A stretch of 64,000 bases of DNA, from NCBI GenBank assembly GCA_951406725.2, contig OX597834.1:31806001-31870000 (forward strand), written 5' to 3'. This DNA comes from Octopus vulgaris (taxonomy: Eukaryota). The translations under genes and the position numbers were made by a program. Under the pieces are notes generated by a model. The model was not told where the DNA came from, searched no databases, and saw only the letters and a list, made by a program, of their open reading frames with translations. This document shows positions 27,119-41,798 of this stretch, piece after piece (position 1 is the first letter of the stretch; each line of letters starts with the position of its first letter).

Positions 27119-29450
27119 TTTATTGTTCCGTTGTAGTTAGGATCAATAAAAAAAATTTTTTCCATCCAATGAGAGATAAACATCATTTAATATTCAAAAT
27201 ATTTAAGTAAAAGCTACTGATAGTTTCAGGCAATGGAAACACAATAAAATTTGTAGATTTATACAACTTCTGTCTCTAGACAGTCTTTCACACTCAGTGT
27301 ATTGAGCCTAAAAATTTGTTCGGAAACAGAAGACACGTGGTATAAATTTATCGTGTTTCCACAGCATGAAACTATCTAGCTCTTACGTAATGTGTGTGTT
27401 GCCCTACTTGTTCGTCTGATTAGCCTGTAAATACAATGTGCTAATTAAAAGAAACTTGAGTGAACAATACAATTTCGTTTTTCATTTCATCCTCGGTTTT
27501 ATTTCGCTTTTTCTATTGACAACGCTTTGAAATACTCTCACCCCGCCCCGTCTCTTACGTGTATTAACGACCAACGGACACCTTGTATTAAACAAATTTA
27601 AATGGTTATTTTGTATTTGGAAAAAATAAAGGACCTAAAACTTCAAAAGGAAAGGGATTTATCAAACAACTATCAAAATATAAGCAGCTGTAGTCTAGAC
27701 GTCTTTTGACATAACTAGATAATTGTTTCCTTTGTTTTTGAAGAGCTTCAATAAAGTTGTCTCCCTTCCTTAAACTGACATTTTTCATAAGAATATAGAA
27801 AATCTATTTCGATATTTGACTGGTTGTTATTTTTATTGATGCCATCGAAGGGTGCTGGAAAGAGGTTGGGATGTGAATTTAGAACAACAAAAGACGTAAG
27901 CATTTCGGAAAAGATGAAAATTGAGTGTGAAAAGCTAAATATAATTAAAATGATCTGATGAGATGAGAACCGTAAAAGCTCCCGTTATGCCACGTGGTCG
28001 ATCGCTTGTTATAAATAGCAGCTAAAAAAAAAATTCTCCCTCGAACCACGCCTTTTTTTTTTCTTCTTTAAGAAAAAAGGTGCGACATATTGGATACACT
28101 TCGATACACAGCTCCACTATTTCTCTCGTCGTCCCTCAACACGCACAGAAACCCCTCGGTGGTGGTGGTTGGACATATGCTCTGCTGGGTCGAAGTAAAT
28201 GTCAGTATTTTGAAGACCTTGTGGGTGTAATAATGTAACGGAGATTTTGTGGTTATTACGTTCGAGTGACAGGTGACTGACAAAATCGCGAGATCGTCAG
28301 AAGATACTCAGGGTTCAAATCCTGACAATGTCAGCTACATCTTCCTTTTTTTTTTTTTTTTTTTTGTTAAGGGCCGATAAAATGAGATGGATTTAATATT
28401 CCTAAAAACGTCCTAGAGCTTTTATCTGTTACTTGTTTGAACAACGGCCTTGCTGAAGCACCACCTTGGAGGGCTTAGTCGAACGAATCGACCCCAATAC
28501 TTTTTTTTTAAAGTCCGGTGCTTATAGTCTATCGGTGTCTTTTTTCCGAACCGCTAAGTCACAGGGACGTAAACAAACCATCACCGGTTGTCAAGCGCGC
28601 GACGGGCGTTTTTCAGTTTCCGTCTACCAAATCTACTGACAAGGCTTTGGTCGACCTGGGGCTTTAGTACAAGATGCTATGGAACTGAACTCGGAATCCT
28701 ATGGTTGGAAAGCAAGCTCCCTATCGCACAACCACGCCTTCACCTGTGATGAGAAGACTACAGATAAGACCCTGTGGTATTATTACGTAGGAATTATTAC
28801 CCAGAGGTTATGAGGTTAAGCTGAACAGGTTCTGGTTGACGTGAGAAGCTGTTGGAATTTATAGAGATTGCCATGATACAATCAGGTGTCATCCAAAACC
28901 GAAGAATTCTAATCAATGCATGAAGAATCGTTCTCGGCGGAAATAGAAATTATTTGAATTTTTGTGACGATTTAAAGATTGAACGATTACGATGAGACAA
29001 TTTGAAATATTTCATTTGATCTGAGTTTGCTAACTGGAATGAGAGTCGCCGATCGAGATGTTTACGGTTTTGTTTAAGCGGAGTTGCTATGGATACAGCT
29101 GACCAACCAGATGCATTTGTTTACTTTGCGTTGCTATGTAAACAAACGAATCACGTGACAGCAGTTGATATTGTTTCATGTGGTAACTTCAGCATATTTG
29201 TCCATTGGATGGATGGTCAGAATTGCTGACTCGATCGTTTCTGCCTATACTTTCGTATTTTGTTTGGACTGAGCCACCGGACATTACGTAGTCAACAATT
29301 TCATTATTACTTGCTTGCATAATCTGTATTTAATTATTAGCTTTTTTTTTTATTATCTGACAGTTGTTCGTTAGAGTGTCCGAAAGAAAAATGCGCTATT
29401 TTTTATTATTTTCACGCCCGGCTACCCTTGAGGGTTATATTTTATCTAAG

Positions 29451-29810
29451 ACGCAGGAGTGACTGTGTGGTGGGTAGCTTGCTTACCAACCACATGGCTC
29501 CGGGTTCAGTCCCACTGCGTGGCACCTTGGGCAAGTGTCTTCTACTATAGCCTCGGGCCGACCAAAGCCTTGTGAGTGGATTTGGTGGACGGAAACTGAA
29601 AGAAGCCCGTCGTATATATGTATATTTATATATGTGTGTGTGTTTGTGCCCCCAACATCGCTTGACAACCGATGCTGGTGTGTTTACGTCCCCTTAACTT
29701 AACGGTTCGGCAAAAGAGACCGATAGAATAAGTACTAGGCTTACAAAGAATAAGTCCTGGGGTCGATTTGTTCGACTAAAGGCGGTGTTCCAGCATGGCC
29801 GCAGTCAAAT
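29451..29810 (+). mobile_element. SINE family 1 copy
   Basis: Same head, body and 3' sequence as 5474-5906 on the opposite strand. Confidence 0.9.
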
Positions 29811-32046
29811 GCTTCATTTAGATCACGTTAAACAAGGAAGCTTTTATCATAGGACCAGGGGTGGTCTTGGGTGCGCTGGGGGTCAATAAGGTTACATCAT
29901 AATCACAGGGTACGCTGTAACCCTTTAGCATTCAGATCAATCTGTCAAACGTAATGCTTATTTATTTACGCTGTTTTGAATGAATTGTGTATTATCTCGT
30001 AGCTTTGAGATTTCAATCATATAATCACATTCAGTGCTTGAATTTGCTGTGGGAAAAATAGTTTTTGTTTATAACTACTTCAGGTGATGAACAACCTTCA
30101 AAAATGAATTCATCATCATCATCATCATCGTTTGACGTCCGTTCTCCATGCTAGCATGGGTTGGGCGATTTTGACTGAGGGCTGGCGAACCAGATGGCTG
30201 CACCAGGCTCCAGTCTTATCTGGCAATGTTTCTACAGCTGGATGCCCTTCCTAACACCAACCACTCCGTGAGTGTAGTGGGTGCTTTTTACGTGCCACCT
30301 GCACTGGTGCCAGGCGAGGCTGGCATCGGCCACGGTCGGATTGGTGCATTTTACGTGCCACCTGCACGGAAGCCAGTCGAGGCGGCACTGGCTTCGGCCA
30401 CGATTTGGATGGTGCTTTTTACGTGCCACCGACACGGAAGCCAGTCGAGGCGGCGCTGGCATCGGCCACAATTCGGATAGTGCTTTTTACGTATCTCCAG
30501 TCCAGAGGTCCTGGCATCTGCCGGGTAAAATTCATAAATCAAGATTCCACTGTATTTGTGTTGAGAGTGATGCGTTTCTACATACCTTATTACTTCTAGT
30601 GTTTAACGACATAAGCTCCACTGAAAAACTGTATCTGTGATGAATATGGATTTAACCACAAATACATGAAAATAATGGCTGAAGAGTTATGGTGCAAAAC
30701 ACCAAAAGGTGCTGTTAGATACACTAGTGGTCAAGCGGTCATCAACTATTTGCATATTATTACGATATGTTAGTGGTGTTGTACAATAATTATGAGATGT
30801 AAATTGATTTCTCTAAGCTATTCTGTGGAGTGTGATGGATCCAATTAAAATATTATCATTATTGCTTAACGTCCACTTTTCCATGCTGGCATGGGTTGGA
30901 GGGAGTTTATTATTGAGGCAGATAGATTTTCTACTGCTGGATGCTTTTCATGATTATATTTTCTTGTAGCTTGACATGTTTTCACAGAATATCAGAAATG
31001 AATGACACTGCTTGTATGACAGTGGCACTCACTTACAACGATTGCAGATGTTAAATGATGATGACGACACCATGTCAAAAGGAGATGCAAAGACACACAC
31101 ACACACAGCACATCATGGGTTTCTTCCAATTTCCGTTTGTCAAATCCACTTAAAGTTTGGTTGGCTCATGGCTGCAGTAGAAGACACTTGCCTGCCCAAG
31201 ATGCCCTGTAGTGGGACTGAACCTAGGACTGTCTGGTTGGGGAACAATCTTATTTACATTTGTTACTAATCAATAAGAAAAGTGTTCAGATGCATAAAGT
31301 TGGTATTGCTGTAACTTTTTGTATTGTTTAGGGATCATTCAACCCTAACCCTACTAATACAGTATTTTGGGGTCTAGCATGGATTTCAGCCCTTCAAATG
31401 TAGTAATAGCTGATCCCATAAATTTAACCTTAATTGCCTAAAAAATATTTTTTGACACAGACATATACAGTACTCCATATTCCCTGACATTACTGCTATT
31501 TCTAGCAACCACATATAAACTCTCTCGTTAGTTTGAATTATTAATTAAGAATTTAGGGAGCATGTAAATGAAATGCCTAGATCGGCTCCAATCATTTTCG
31601 TCTCCCTTCTAGCTATCTAGAGTTACTTCCCTTGGCTTTTCTTTTTTTGTGTGTGAAGTGCTGGGGGTTCCTTTCACCTTCATAATTAGCTTATATTTAA
31701 TATTTCTTAAGAATTTCAGGTAGGTCAGCGTCTAATAGAATTTATAAAACATCAGACTTATATATCTTGCAATATTTCGTTTGCTTAAGGCGGCAAGCTG
31801 GCAGAAACACCAGGCAAAATGCTTAGTGGTATTTCGTATGTCTTTACATTCTGAGTTCAAATTACACCGAGGTTGACTTTGCCTTTCATCCTTTCGGGGT
31901 TGATAAATTAAGTACCAGTTGCCTACTGGGTCGATCTAATCAACTGGCCCCCTCCCCAAAAATTTCAGCCCTTGTGTCTAGGGTAGAAAAGAATATTTTT
32001 CCATATCATTCTAAGTTCAAATCCAACCAGGTTCAACTTATAAATT

Positions 32047-32990
32047 CAAGGTGTCCCCCCAAAAAATGTCCACACATTGAATGATTATAAAATCAGTGTT
32101 TATTTTAAACCCATTTCGTTTTCAAACTGACGACTGCTGATAACATGAAGCAAATGGAATCACAATCACCATAAAACGTTTCCATTCAGTATTTGTACAT
32201 ATTTTCGTTTTATGGCTACCCTCAGTTCGTTGAGAGTTGCTCACTTTAAATTTTATCTTTGAAATATCCCTATAAAAAACGTCTATTGATTTGAGGCACA
32301 GTGAACATGGAGAGTATTCTACTGAGTCTGTTTGGCAAAATCTCATCCTAATAGGCCCTTACATTACTACAGTTAGTGTTGGGGTGTTCTCCCACTCACA
32401 CCATCTTGCTGGAAATAAACATGACATCTTCAAAGTATTGAATACTTGGCATGATAGATTGTGACAGTAAGTTCGAATAAATGGGACCAGTCAGAGTATC
32501 ATCAGAAAAGAATGGTCCTGTTAATCCTTTTGATAAGCTGCACCATACTGTAACTCATCCTAAATTAACCTGACGTTCCTCCATTAGTTGCAGGTTCTCA
32601 GATCCCCAGTAGCTGTAATTTTGAGCCATTTCATTTAAATGTAGCCGCATTACTTCAAACAATCTTTGTTTGAAAGTCTACATTTTCTACACATCTTGCT
32701 ACAAGTTCCACTCCCAAAACATCAGTCTTTGGTCAGGATTCATCTTCATTGACAGCATGGAATGTCATTTTTCAAATGGATGCTTCATCTTGAAATTCCT
32801 ATTTCACAGCCCTTTTGCCTAACAGATTTTCTGCAACTCTAGCAATATGTCTCTACTAGTTTTTCTTGCTTTGTTGTGGTCATCAGTGTCTGTACTCTTG
32901 CAGAACATTCCATGTGGACATTTTGAACGGTTCCATCTGCCTCAAACGTATCTCCAGCTTGAATGTTGGGAAGTGGATCTGTTTAAAACT
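32047..32990 (-). mobile_element. Degenerate Tc1/mariner-superfamily transposase relic
   Basis: Minus-strand remnants resembling IVWSDEATF, QNYSYWGSEN and FQQDG motifs; cagggtgtcc-like terminus at about 32047; many stops. Confidence 0.6.
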
Positions 32991-32999
32991 CTCTCCTAA

Positions 33000-33219
33000 C
33001 CCTTTCTTTACTGTATTTATTTTGAGATGCCCTGTGTTACTTTCAATTACTTTAAATGTAACAAAGAATTAAGTAAACTAACTTAGTTATCATTCAGCTA
33101 GTGTTAGGAACATAAACTGTGACTAAGGTTTGGTGGAAGATTTTAATTCAAAACTTATGAAAACAAGACATTTGTACTCAGAGCCAGAGGCGGTTTCAGC
33201 CGGGTTGGTATCAAAAGGG
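33000..33219 (+). mobile_element. piggyBac-type MITE, same family, CTAA target
   Basis: Homologous to 37807-38028; CTAA on both sides. Confidence 0.8.
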
Positions 33220-36200
33220 CTAAACTATTTTTGCACTTTAGCTTCATTTTCACAAAGCTCATTGTGTGTGGGGGTACATGCTTGCCTATACCTCTATGAA
33301 TGCTTACACTTGCCATTTTGCTCTCAACAAATCATTGGATTAGTTTGCACGTTTGAGGATGAGTTGGATGGAAACTACATGACTTCAAAAAACAGGTAAA
33401 GGTTAGCGACAGCGAGAGCATTAAGCTGTAAAAACAATACCTTCAAAGTACGTGTTCGTCTCACCCATGCTGGCATATATGTGTGTGTATAACAGATGAG
33501 AGAAACGGAAACTGGAATTCATGAGATTCTTTATTAATCACAATGGTCGTTTTGACCCATCTTGTATCGATCCCTTGCAGGTGAGATATTGTACAACTGG
33601 TTATGGTGTATCCTTTAGTGCAGATGCGCCTCGTCACATCAGGTGACTTTTCAAAAGGTACCTTATTCAATAAACTCGGTCTCACTTGGTTCAGTTATAC
33701 AGCATGTCGTTATTTGCCTGTAGGGGCTTGCCTAGAGGCTTCATGGTTTAGAATGATATCATCATCATCATTTAGTATCTGTTGTCCATGCCGGCATGGG
33801 TTAAATGGTTTAACTGAAACTGATAGGCTGTAGGGCTACACTAGGTTCCAATCTGATTTGACGGGGTTTCTACAGCTGGACACCCTTCCTAATGCCAACC
33901 ACTCTGAGAGTGTGATGGATGCTTTTTACATGCCACCAGCACAGGTACCAGTTACGTGACACCAGCATCAGCCACAACTACAATTTCACATGGCTTGGTG
34001 GGTCTTCTCAAGCACAGCATATTGCTATGGTTACGGTCATGGTCACTTGCACCATACTTTTATCTTTTACATGTTTCAGGCACTAGACTCCAGTCAGGCT
34101 GGGACAATGCCTTGATGAATTTTTAGTCGCACAAATCAACCCCAGTACCTATTTTTCTGAACATGGTACTTATTCTGTCAGTCTCTTTTGCCGAACTGCA
34201 TGGTTACAGGGAAGTAATCACACCAAGATGTGTGTGCAGGTGTTTGAGATTTGTTTCCTAGTCTTGACTGGATGTGTTAGTTACAAAACGAGTGTCACCT
34301 GCATGCAAGCAGTGTCCTTCATTCACAATCCTCCATGAAAGACATGTCTGGCCATGGGGGAAATATTACCTTGCTTGGACATAGGTGAAGGTTGGTGACA
34401 GGAAGGGCATCCGGCCACAGGAAATCTGCCTCAACAGAGTCAGGTTAACTGCTGTGTGTAGGGATTTTAGAAAGCTTCCCAAACAAATCAGGTTTACACG
34501 CACACACGGTTATGATTGTCCCTTTCTTTGATTCACCCTATTCTCAAGGCTTTGCTGAAAATATCCCCCCCCCTCTCCTCATAAAAAAAGACAGGTAGAA
34601 TATATACTTTAAATAAAAGCAGCAAAGAGAAATTGTGTGTGTGTGTGATGTATCTTTTCTTTTTGTTTTTTTTTTTCTCTTTTTCACTTGTTTCAGTCAT
34701 TAGACTGCGACCATACTGGAGCACCACCTCAAGGAATTTTAGTTGGGTGAATCAACCCCAGCACTTAAGGTTTTTTCAGCCTGACACTTATTCAATTGGT
34801 TTCTTTTGGTGAGCTGCTAAGTTACAGGGACGTAAACAAACTAACACACACACACACATATTTATACTCACATGATAGACTTCTTTCTGTCTCCATCTCC
34901 TAAATTCACTCACAAGGCTTTGGTTGATCCAAGGCTATTGTAGAAGGCACATGTCCAAAGTACCGGGTAGTGGGACTGAACCTGGAACTAAGTGGTTATG
35001 AAGCAAACTCCTTACCTCACTGCCACACCTGCATGTATCATCATCATTATCATCGTTAAACGTCCGCTTTCCATGCTGGCATGGGTCAGACATTTGACAT
35101 GGAGCTAGCTAGCAGGGAGTTGTCCAGACTCCAACTGCATGTGTATATATGATAATAGACTCTCCCATCGTTAGACAATGTATGAGGGTTTGACAATTTC
35201 TTACTGAACAACCACACAGATGATTTGTTTATAGCGATCAAATGTTTGTGTAGACATAAGCTTGCTCCCTCCATCAAATTGACATTACCTGTACAGGTGC
35301 AATGGGTGCCACATGTCAGATGTCGAAATGATTGCAGAGCAATGTGAAATGAAGTGCTTTGCTCAAGAACACAATGCAACGCCCAGTCTGGGAATCGAAC
35401 CCACAATCTCGCAGTCATGAGTGCAACATCTTAACCACTAATCTATGTGCCTTCACTAAGTTACAGGGACATATAGATATATTTATATTTCATGTTGTTT
35501 GCCTTCTATGACATCCTGTACCCATATATGCATGTGTATATACATGTATATGTATGTACATATATGTATGTATACATGCATATATATATTATTTATATTA
35601 TATAATGTATATATATATATATGGCCTGCTCGCTTAGCCAGCGGGGTGGTGTCATTCGAAGGTTAAAACAATGTGAACGCATTGTGACCAGCGATGTGTA
35701 ACAGCATCTGATGGTCTGGTCAGTCACGTGATCATGTGATATATATATATATATATATATATATAAATTACACACATAATTTGCATAATCAGAGCTATCC
35801 TCCCTTATATATATAATGTATATTTATATATATACATACATATACACATGCACACACCCATGTATATCCATACATGCACACACACAAACACACATTATAA
35901 ATATAAATATAATCTAAAGTAACAATGCTAACTACAATGGCAGGGGCATAAGTTTCAGCTTTATCATATGAGAGGGTGGAGAGAGAGAATTTTTTTCAAC
36001 TGGCTTTTAAAAATAAAACAGGCAGCACCAGATCCAAAAGCAGAGACATACACACACGCCGTAGTCAAAATCAGTGATGGGAGTTAGAACAGACTCCCCG
36101 GTGTGATGTGTCTGAATAAATTAAGCCAAGTTTTGCTTGGATGGGGGTTTCTCCTTATATAGGTATAAAGTTAGATAAAGTCCTGCTTTACTGCTTTAGT

Positions 36201-37806
36201 ATTAACTGGGTGCTGGAGACTCCCCCCCCCACCTCCCACCCATTGCTGATGTTCAAATGATAAACTTTTACTAATATCTCAGTGACTTAATCACGCCAGA
36301 ATAGTTTTTGTGTAAGAGGATGGCGAGCCTTGGTGGTGGTGGTGGTGATGGTGATGGTGGGGGCATATATTATCTTTCCTCATTTCCTCCATACTGAGTT
36401 GGTCTCTTTTTATTATTATTATTATTATTTTTTTAAAAATTTTGGGGGGGGAGGTAGTGATGGTGGTGGTGGTGGTGATTACTTTGGGGGTTATAATGAG
36501 ATTTATGTACTTTTATCTAATTAGACATATATATCATTTATTTCAAATGTTGCATGTCTGTCAGATTGACCAGCGGGTGGGGTGGGGGGTGGAGAATCTG
36601 TTTTTGGGTCAGGGCTGGAGTGTGTGTGTGTGTGGGGGGGGTGAATTGATGGGGAGGCCAAAGATAGTGTGCCGATTGTGTTGTTTATTTTTACCCATTC
36701 CACCCCTTGCCCCTTTTTTCTTTCTCCATCAAAAACTGGGGATGCATCAATGTTACTTAATAAAGAAAGCATTGTTATTATTTGCCTTTTATGTTCTGAG
36801 TTCAAGTTCTGCCAAGGTCAGCTTTGCCTTTCATCCTTTCAAGGTCAATAAAATAAGTACCAATTATACACTGGGGGTGGGGGTGTAATCAATTTACTCC
36901 CTCCCCAAAATTTCAGACTTTGTGCCTCTAATAGAAAGGATTATTATTATTATTGAGTGAGAGACCAGTGCATGCCATCAGAGTGACACTGGGGTACAAT
37001 TATACGAAGCCCAATATACCCTTAATGACTACCCGTCTGTTAAGTACAAACCAGGCACATGCATCACAACCATATGTGCACGACATGATGATGTCATATC
37101 TAGATATAAACAGCGCATGACCTTGCAGAAATGCCCATGTTTCCAGTGGTGAATTATCCAAACCCCAAAGAATTCCTTTCAACACATGGCTGTGATGCTC
37201 CCCTACTACTTCTGCTCATGATCAGAGATGCACATATCATCAACCACTAAGGGACATGGTCAACTGGTTGAGGTCAAACAACTGACGAGCTAATCTGTGG
37301 TATTGAGCAGAATATTTGCTCTAGCCCATCTTTTATACCAAGACAAAACAATTTATATGATGACACTTCCAATCAGTTAAGATCAGGAGCCATGAGAACC
37401 ACAGCCTGGTACTGCTACAGGGCATTTATTATTATTATTATTATTTGCACAGAGGTTGTACCATGGCCAATGAGGTAAATCCGAGGCATGGTTATTGCTA
37501 GTTGAAATTATTATTATTATTAGTAGTAGTAGTAGTAAGCTGTCAGAATCATTGGCACACTGGACGATATGCTTAGCGGCACTTTGTCTGTCTGTATGTT
37601 CTGAGTTTAAATTCCGCTGAGGCCAACTTTGTCCTTCATCCTTTCAAGTTTGATAAATTAAGTACCAGTTGAACACTGGGGTCAAAGTGATCAAATTGCC
37701 TCCTCCTCCGAAATTGCTGGCCTTGTGCCAAAATTTGACACCATTATTATTATTATTATTATTATTATTAATACCTCAAGAGAAGTAGATGGGGCAGAAT
37801 CTTTAA

Positions 37807-38028
37807 CCCTTTTGTTACTGTATTTATTTTGAGATGCTCTGTGTTTCTTTCAATTAATTTTAAATATAACAAAGAATTTAGTAAAAATAACTAAGTTATC
37901 ATTCAGCTGGTGTTAGGAAGATAAATTGTGACTAAGGTTTGGTGGAAGATTTTAATACAAAACTTATGAAAACAAGACATTTGTACTCAGAGCCAGAGCT
38001 GGTTTCAGCTGGGTTGGTAACGAAAGGG
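37807..38028 (+). mobile_element. piggyBac-type MITE
   Basis: TTAA-CCCTTT...AAAGGG-TTAA termini. Confidence 0.85.
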
Positions 38029-38382
38029 TTAAAGCATCTGAGAAAGGAAAATTCCTTGTGGCATTTCTGCCAATGCTTTCTTTGCATTGTGAATTTGAAT
38101 TCTGCCAAGGTCAATTTTGTCTTTCATCTCTCTGCTGTTGATAAAATATAGAACCAGAAATGTGTTGGAGTCGATGTAAACCGGCCACCCCACTCCATTC
38201 AAAGTTCTTGTCTTGTTGCCTAAATTAGAAATAATTATTTTTGTGTCATGTCTCTCCGTTTGAAAGTAAAGTACACCCTGGAGAGAATACAAACATCAAC
38301 TGTTATCATAGCAGCTGATGGGTGTGTGTGTGTGTGTATGTAGGTTAGAGCATGAATTTTTAGTCGAATGTATCAACCTCAG

Positions 38383-38784
38383 GGATCTTTTCTGTTTGAA
38401 CAGCAGTTTTTCTAGCGGTGTCATATGAAATTGTCACCCATAATTATGACCCTAGTATCGATCTATTGCATTTCAATGTGTTAGGGTTAGGGGTGGGGGG
38501 AAGGGTATCTTTTTCTTCTTCACAAATGTAAATAAACCGAATCTGTTTCTTAAACGAGTGACATATTCATACGGCACAGAATGTTTTTTACCTCAAGAGA
38601 CGTCAGTGATTGGTTGAAATTGCAGAAAAAAAAACAACAAATGTCTTACAAACTATAGAATTTTCTCAATAAAGCCAAGAGAAAAATATGTTTTATAAAC
38701 ACATTCTACCAGTATACGAAGTTTAAAAGTGTTTAGTTACGTGGAAATTATTTTTAAAAACTGCCGTTCAAACCGAAAAGATCC
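38383..38784 (+). mobile_element. Second copy of the GGATC-TIR MITE, inserted into a SINE
   Basis: TSD aacctcag at 38375-38382 and 38785-38792; highly similar to 20704-21119. Confidence 0.9.
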
Positions 38785-39761
38785 AACCTCAGTACTTATT
38801 CTCTTTTAAAGCCTGGTATTTATTGGTCTCTTTTGCCGAACCACTAAGTTACAGGGGCGCAAACACTCTGGTTGGGTGGGGGACAAAAACAGTCACAAAC
38901 AGATGTGTATATACGGCAGGCTTCTTTCAGTTTCCATCTACCAAATCCACTTACAAGGCGTTGGTTCGCCCGAGACTGTAGCAGGAGATACTTGCCCTAG
39001 GTGTCACGCAGTGGGACTGAACCTGAAACCCCGTGGTTGGCAACCAAACTTCTTACCACACCGCCAAATAGATAATTTCTAAGACGTGTTAAATTGTTTT
39101 ATATATAACTTTACATAAGAGAAAAACACTAAAAACAATAAGCAAACATTAACACACACACACACACACTTATTAGCATAAGTGTTAATAATCTTATAAT
39201 CTTGGGTTGATAATGCGTTTTCCCAGGAAGTAATTCTGAGATCTTTCTATGAAGAACGCACGCATAAACATACACACTCACTCGCACTCACACACAGCCA
39301 TATCCACCCGTATACGCATACCCGCTCATTTATTTCCGCGTTGTTTCTTAATCAACCAGTCAAAACAAATAAACACCAGATTTTTCTTCGTGTGCCGGTG
39401 ATGAAGACGATGGCGGGTGATGCAGACGTGCCATGCCCGTTCGCTCTTCCTCTCTTACACTCTCGCCACTCCCCCTCTCCCTCATCCTCTCCGTTTCCCT
39501 CTCTATTTCTCCTCCCATTTCCCCCCTCTTTCTCCCTTGTTTACTCTCTACCCTACCCCCCCCCCCACGCTGCTAACTTGTAGCATCTTCTAACATTTAC
39601 TATCCGATTCCTCCCTATATATTATTATTATTATTTATTTAGGGATTTAGATTTTCTGTTCAGTGAAGTTTTAAATAAGAAGGGAAAGTGCGAGTGTGGC
39701 GGCGGCGGAGGCGGCTCTTCACCTGTCTATCCTCCCTCCCACGCCTTTGTTTGTAGTTGTC

Positions 39762-39800
<39 letters not shown>

Positions 39801-40121
39801 GGTTAATACTTCGACCTCCTCCTCCGTCTCGCCACTGTTTACAGAGCACCGTCTCCTCTGCGTTACCTGCTTTCGCTTAACTTGCCAATATATATATAAT
39901 AAGGGTAAAATTAATTAATTACTAATTAATAATTTTACCAAGCAGTGTTCAGTGTGTAAAGACCATTTACGGTATATTTAACATTACTTAGTATAGAGTG
40001 CAGCAAAAAATTTACTTCACAACACACCGAACTTTTTGAAATAGCACCCAAAGAATTTAGCTATTTCCTCTTACTATAAGAAGTCTCCCAGACAATGTAT
40101 ACTCAAAAACAATTCACATAG

Positions 40122-40179
<58 letters not shown>

Positions 40180-41561
40180 TCTTTTACTTGTTTCAGTCAT
40201 TTGACTGCGGTCATGCTGGAGCACCGCCTTTAGTCGAGCAACTCGACCCCGGGACTTATTCTTTTTGTAAGCCCAGTACTTATTCTATCGGTCTCTTTTT
40301 GCCGAACCGCTAAGTGACAGGGACGTAAACACACCAGCATATATATATATATATAATGTACACATACACATTCTCTCTCTCACCCACACACATGCAGGTT
40401 TGGTGATGCAAAGAGGGAAATAGAACTCGGAACATGAGTCTGCAATTGGCGGCAGAAGTTATAGAGTGACTCGGGCGCCTAGAGTTTCGGGCATTGGCAC
40501 TTACTAAATTACATATAAAATTTCCATACACTTTTATATATTTATATATATATATATATAATTATCAATAATAAAGGGTGAAATTAATTAATTAATTAAT
40601 TTAGAAATAATCATTAATTTCACCAAGTAGAGTTCGGCATGTAAAAGACCCATTCAAGGAAGGTTTAAGTAATACTAAGTAATTAAGGGATCAGCAACGA
40701 TTTGCCTCACCATACACCGAATTTAGAAATAGCAGTCAAAAAGTTTTGGCTATTCTTTCTACTTAAAAGGGGGATCCCAGTAAAACCAAAGCACTTAAAA
40801 AACAAACGGCGCAGGCAAAAGAGACAGAAATGACGAAAATCATTCTATATTAAGTTACCTACGGACGCATATATATATATAAACTTATGTAGAAGTGCTG
40901 GGTAGATATTTTCTGTTACAGTGTGTTTATCAAGAGATTTATTCCTCCCGTTTTGCATTTCGTCCTTCTTTGCTCCACTTGTCCATAGCACTCGCGCCCA
41001 CCCAAGTAATTTCAGTCTATTTACAATAGCTGAGCACTTTTACTGAGTAATATATATATATATATACGTGAATTATTTTTGAGTAAGCACTTTCAGGGAG
41101 ATTCTTCTTAAAGTAGTAGAAATGGCTAAAGAAAATTTTTTGGGGGGCTGCTATTTCTAAAAATTTCAGTATGTGGCAAAGTAAATTATTTTACTGAGCC
41201 CTTAATTATATAAAGTAATATTTTGAATACGCCTTGAATGGTCCTTTTACATACTGAAAAATACTTGGTGAAATTAATTATTAACTAATTGATTTTACCC
41301 TTAATTATTGATAATATATATATATTAGGGTGGAGTCTTCGACTTGGCCTGAGCATGGACTCAAACTCAAATGAAATGAAATATATATATATATGAGAAT
41401 CCTTCTCAGTATATATGAGTAAAATATGAGCATCCTTCTAAGTTCCTGTAACTCTCATTGACACAGATAGATAGACGGATAGACAGACAGACATACGCAC
41501 GCGCATACATACGGCACTCACACGCGCACATCCATTTAATACACACGTAAGAAGGAAACAG

Positions 41562-41798
41562 ATGCAGTCACCGATGGCTTTCGCCAACTACACGGATTTG
41601 ACTGTGAACTCGGCCGGGTTGGTGGTAACCCCGCTGGGCCACATACCGGTCCCCTATTTCCTCCAAGTGGTTACCGTCATTCTCATTTTCGCTGTTTCCC
41701 TCTCCTCTGGATTTTCGCTATGGATGATGTTCGACCTTTGGAGTATGTTCATCTACGGACTGATCCAGCTATTTTTCCCGTTTGTTTTTATCCCGCAG
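41562..41798 (+). CDS. Alternative (paralogous) first coding exon B of the same membrane-protein locus
   Basis: ATGs at 41562 and 41574 in frame; 79 codons ending ...GFSLWMMFDLWSMFIYGLIQLFFPFVFIPQ; consensus donor CAG|GTGAGT in phase 0; shares W-x-x-F-D-x7-G...FI-x1,2-Q with exon A; no polypyrimidine tract upstream. Confidence 0.72.

Noticed and set aside
33521-33580. Third alternative first exon (MRFFINHNGRFDPSCIDPLQ|GTGAGA, phase 0)
   Set aside because: No similarity to exons A and B, lies in CpG-depleted DNA, and is better explained as the antisense of a retroelement-end relic.
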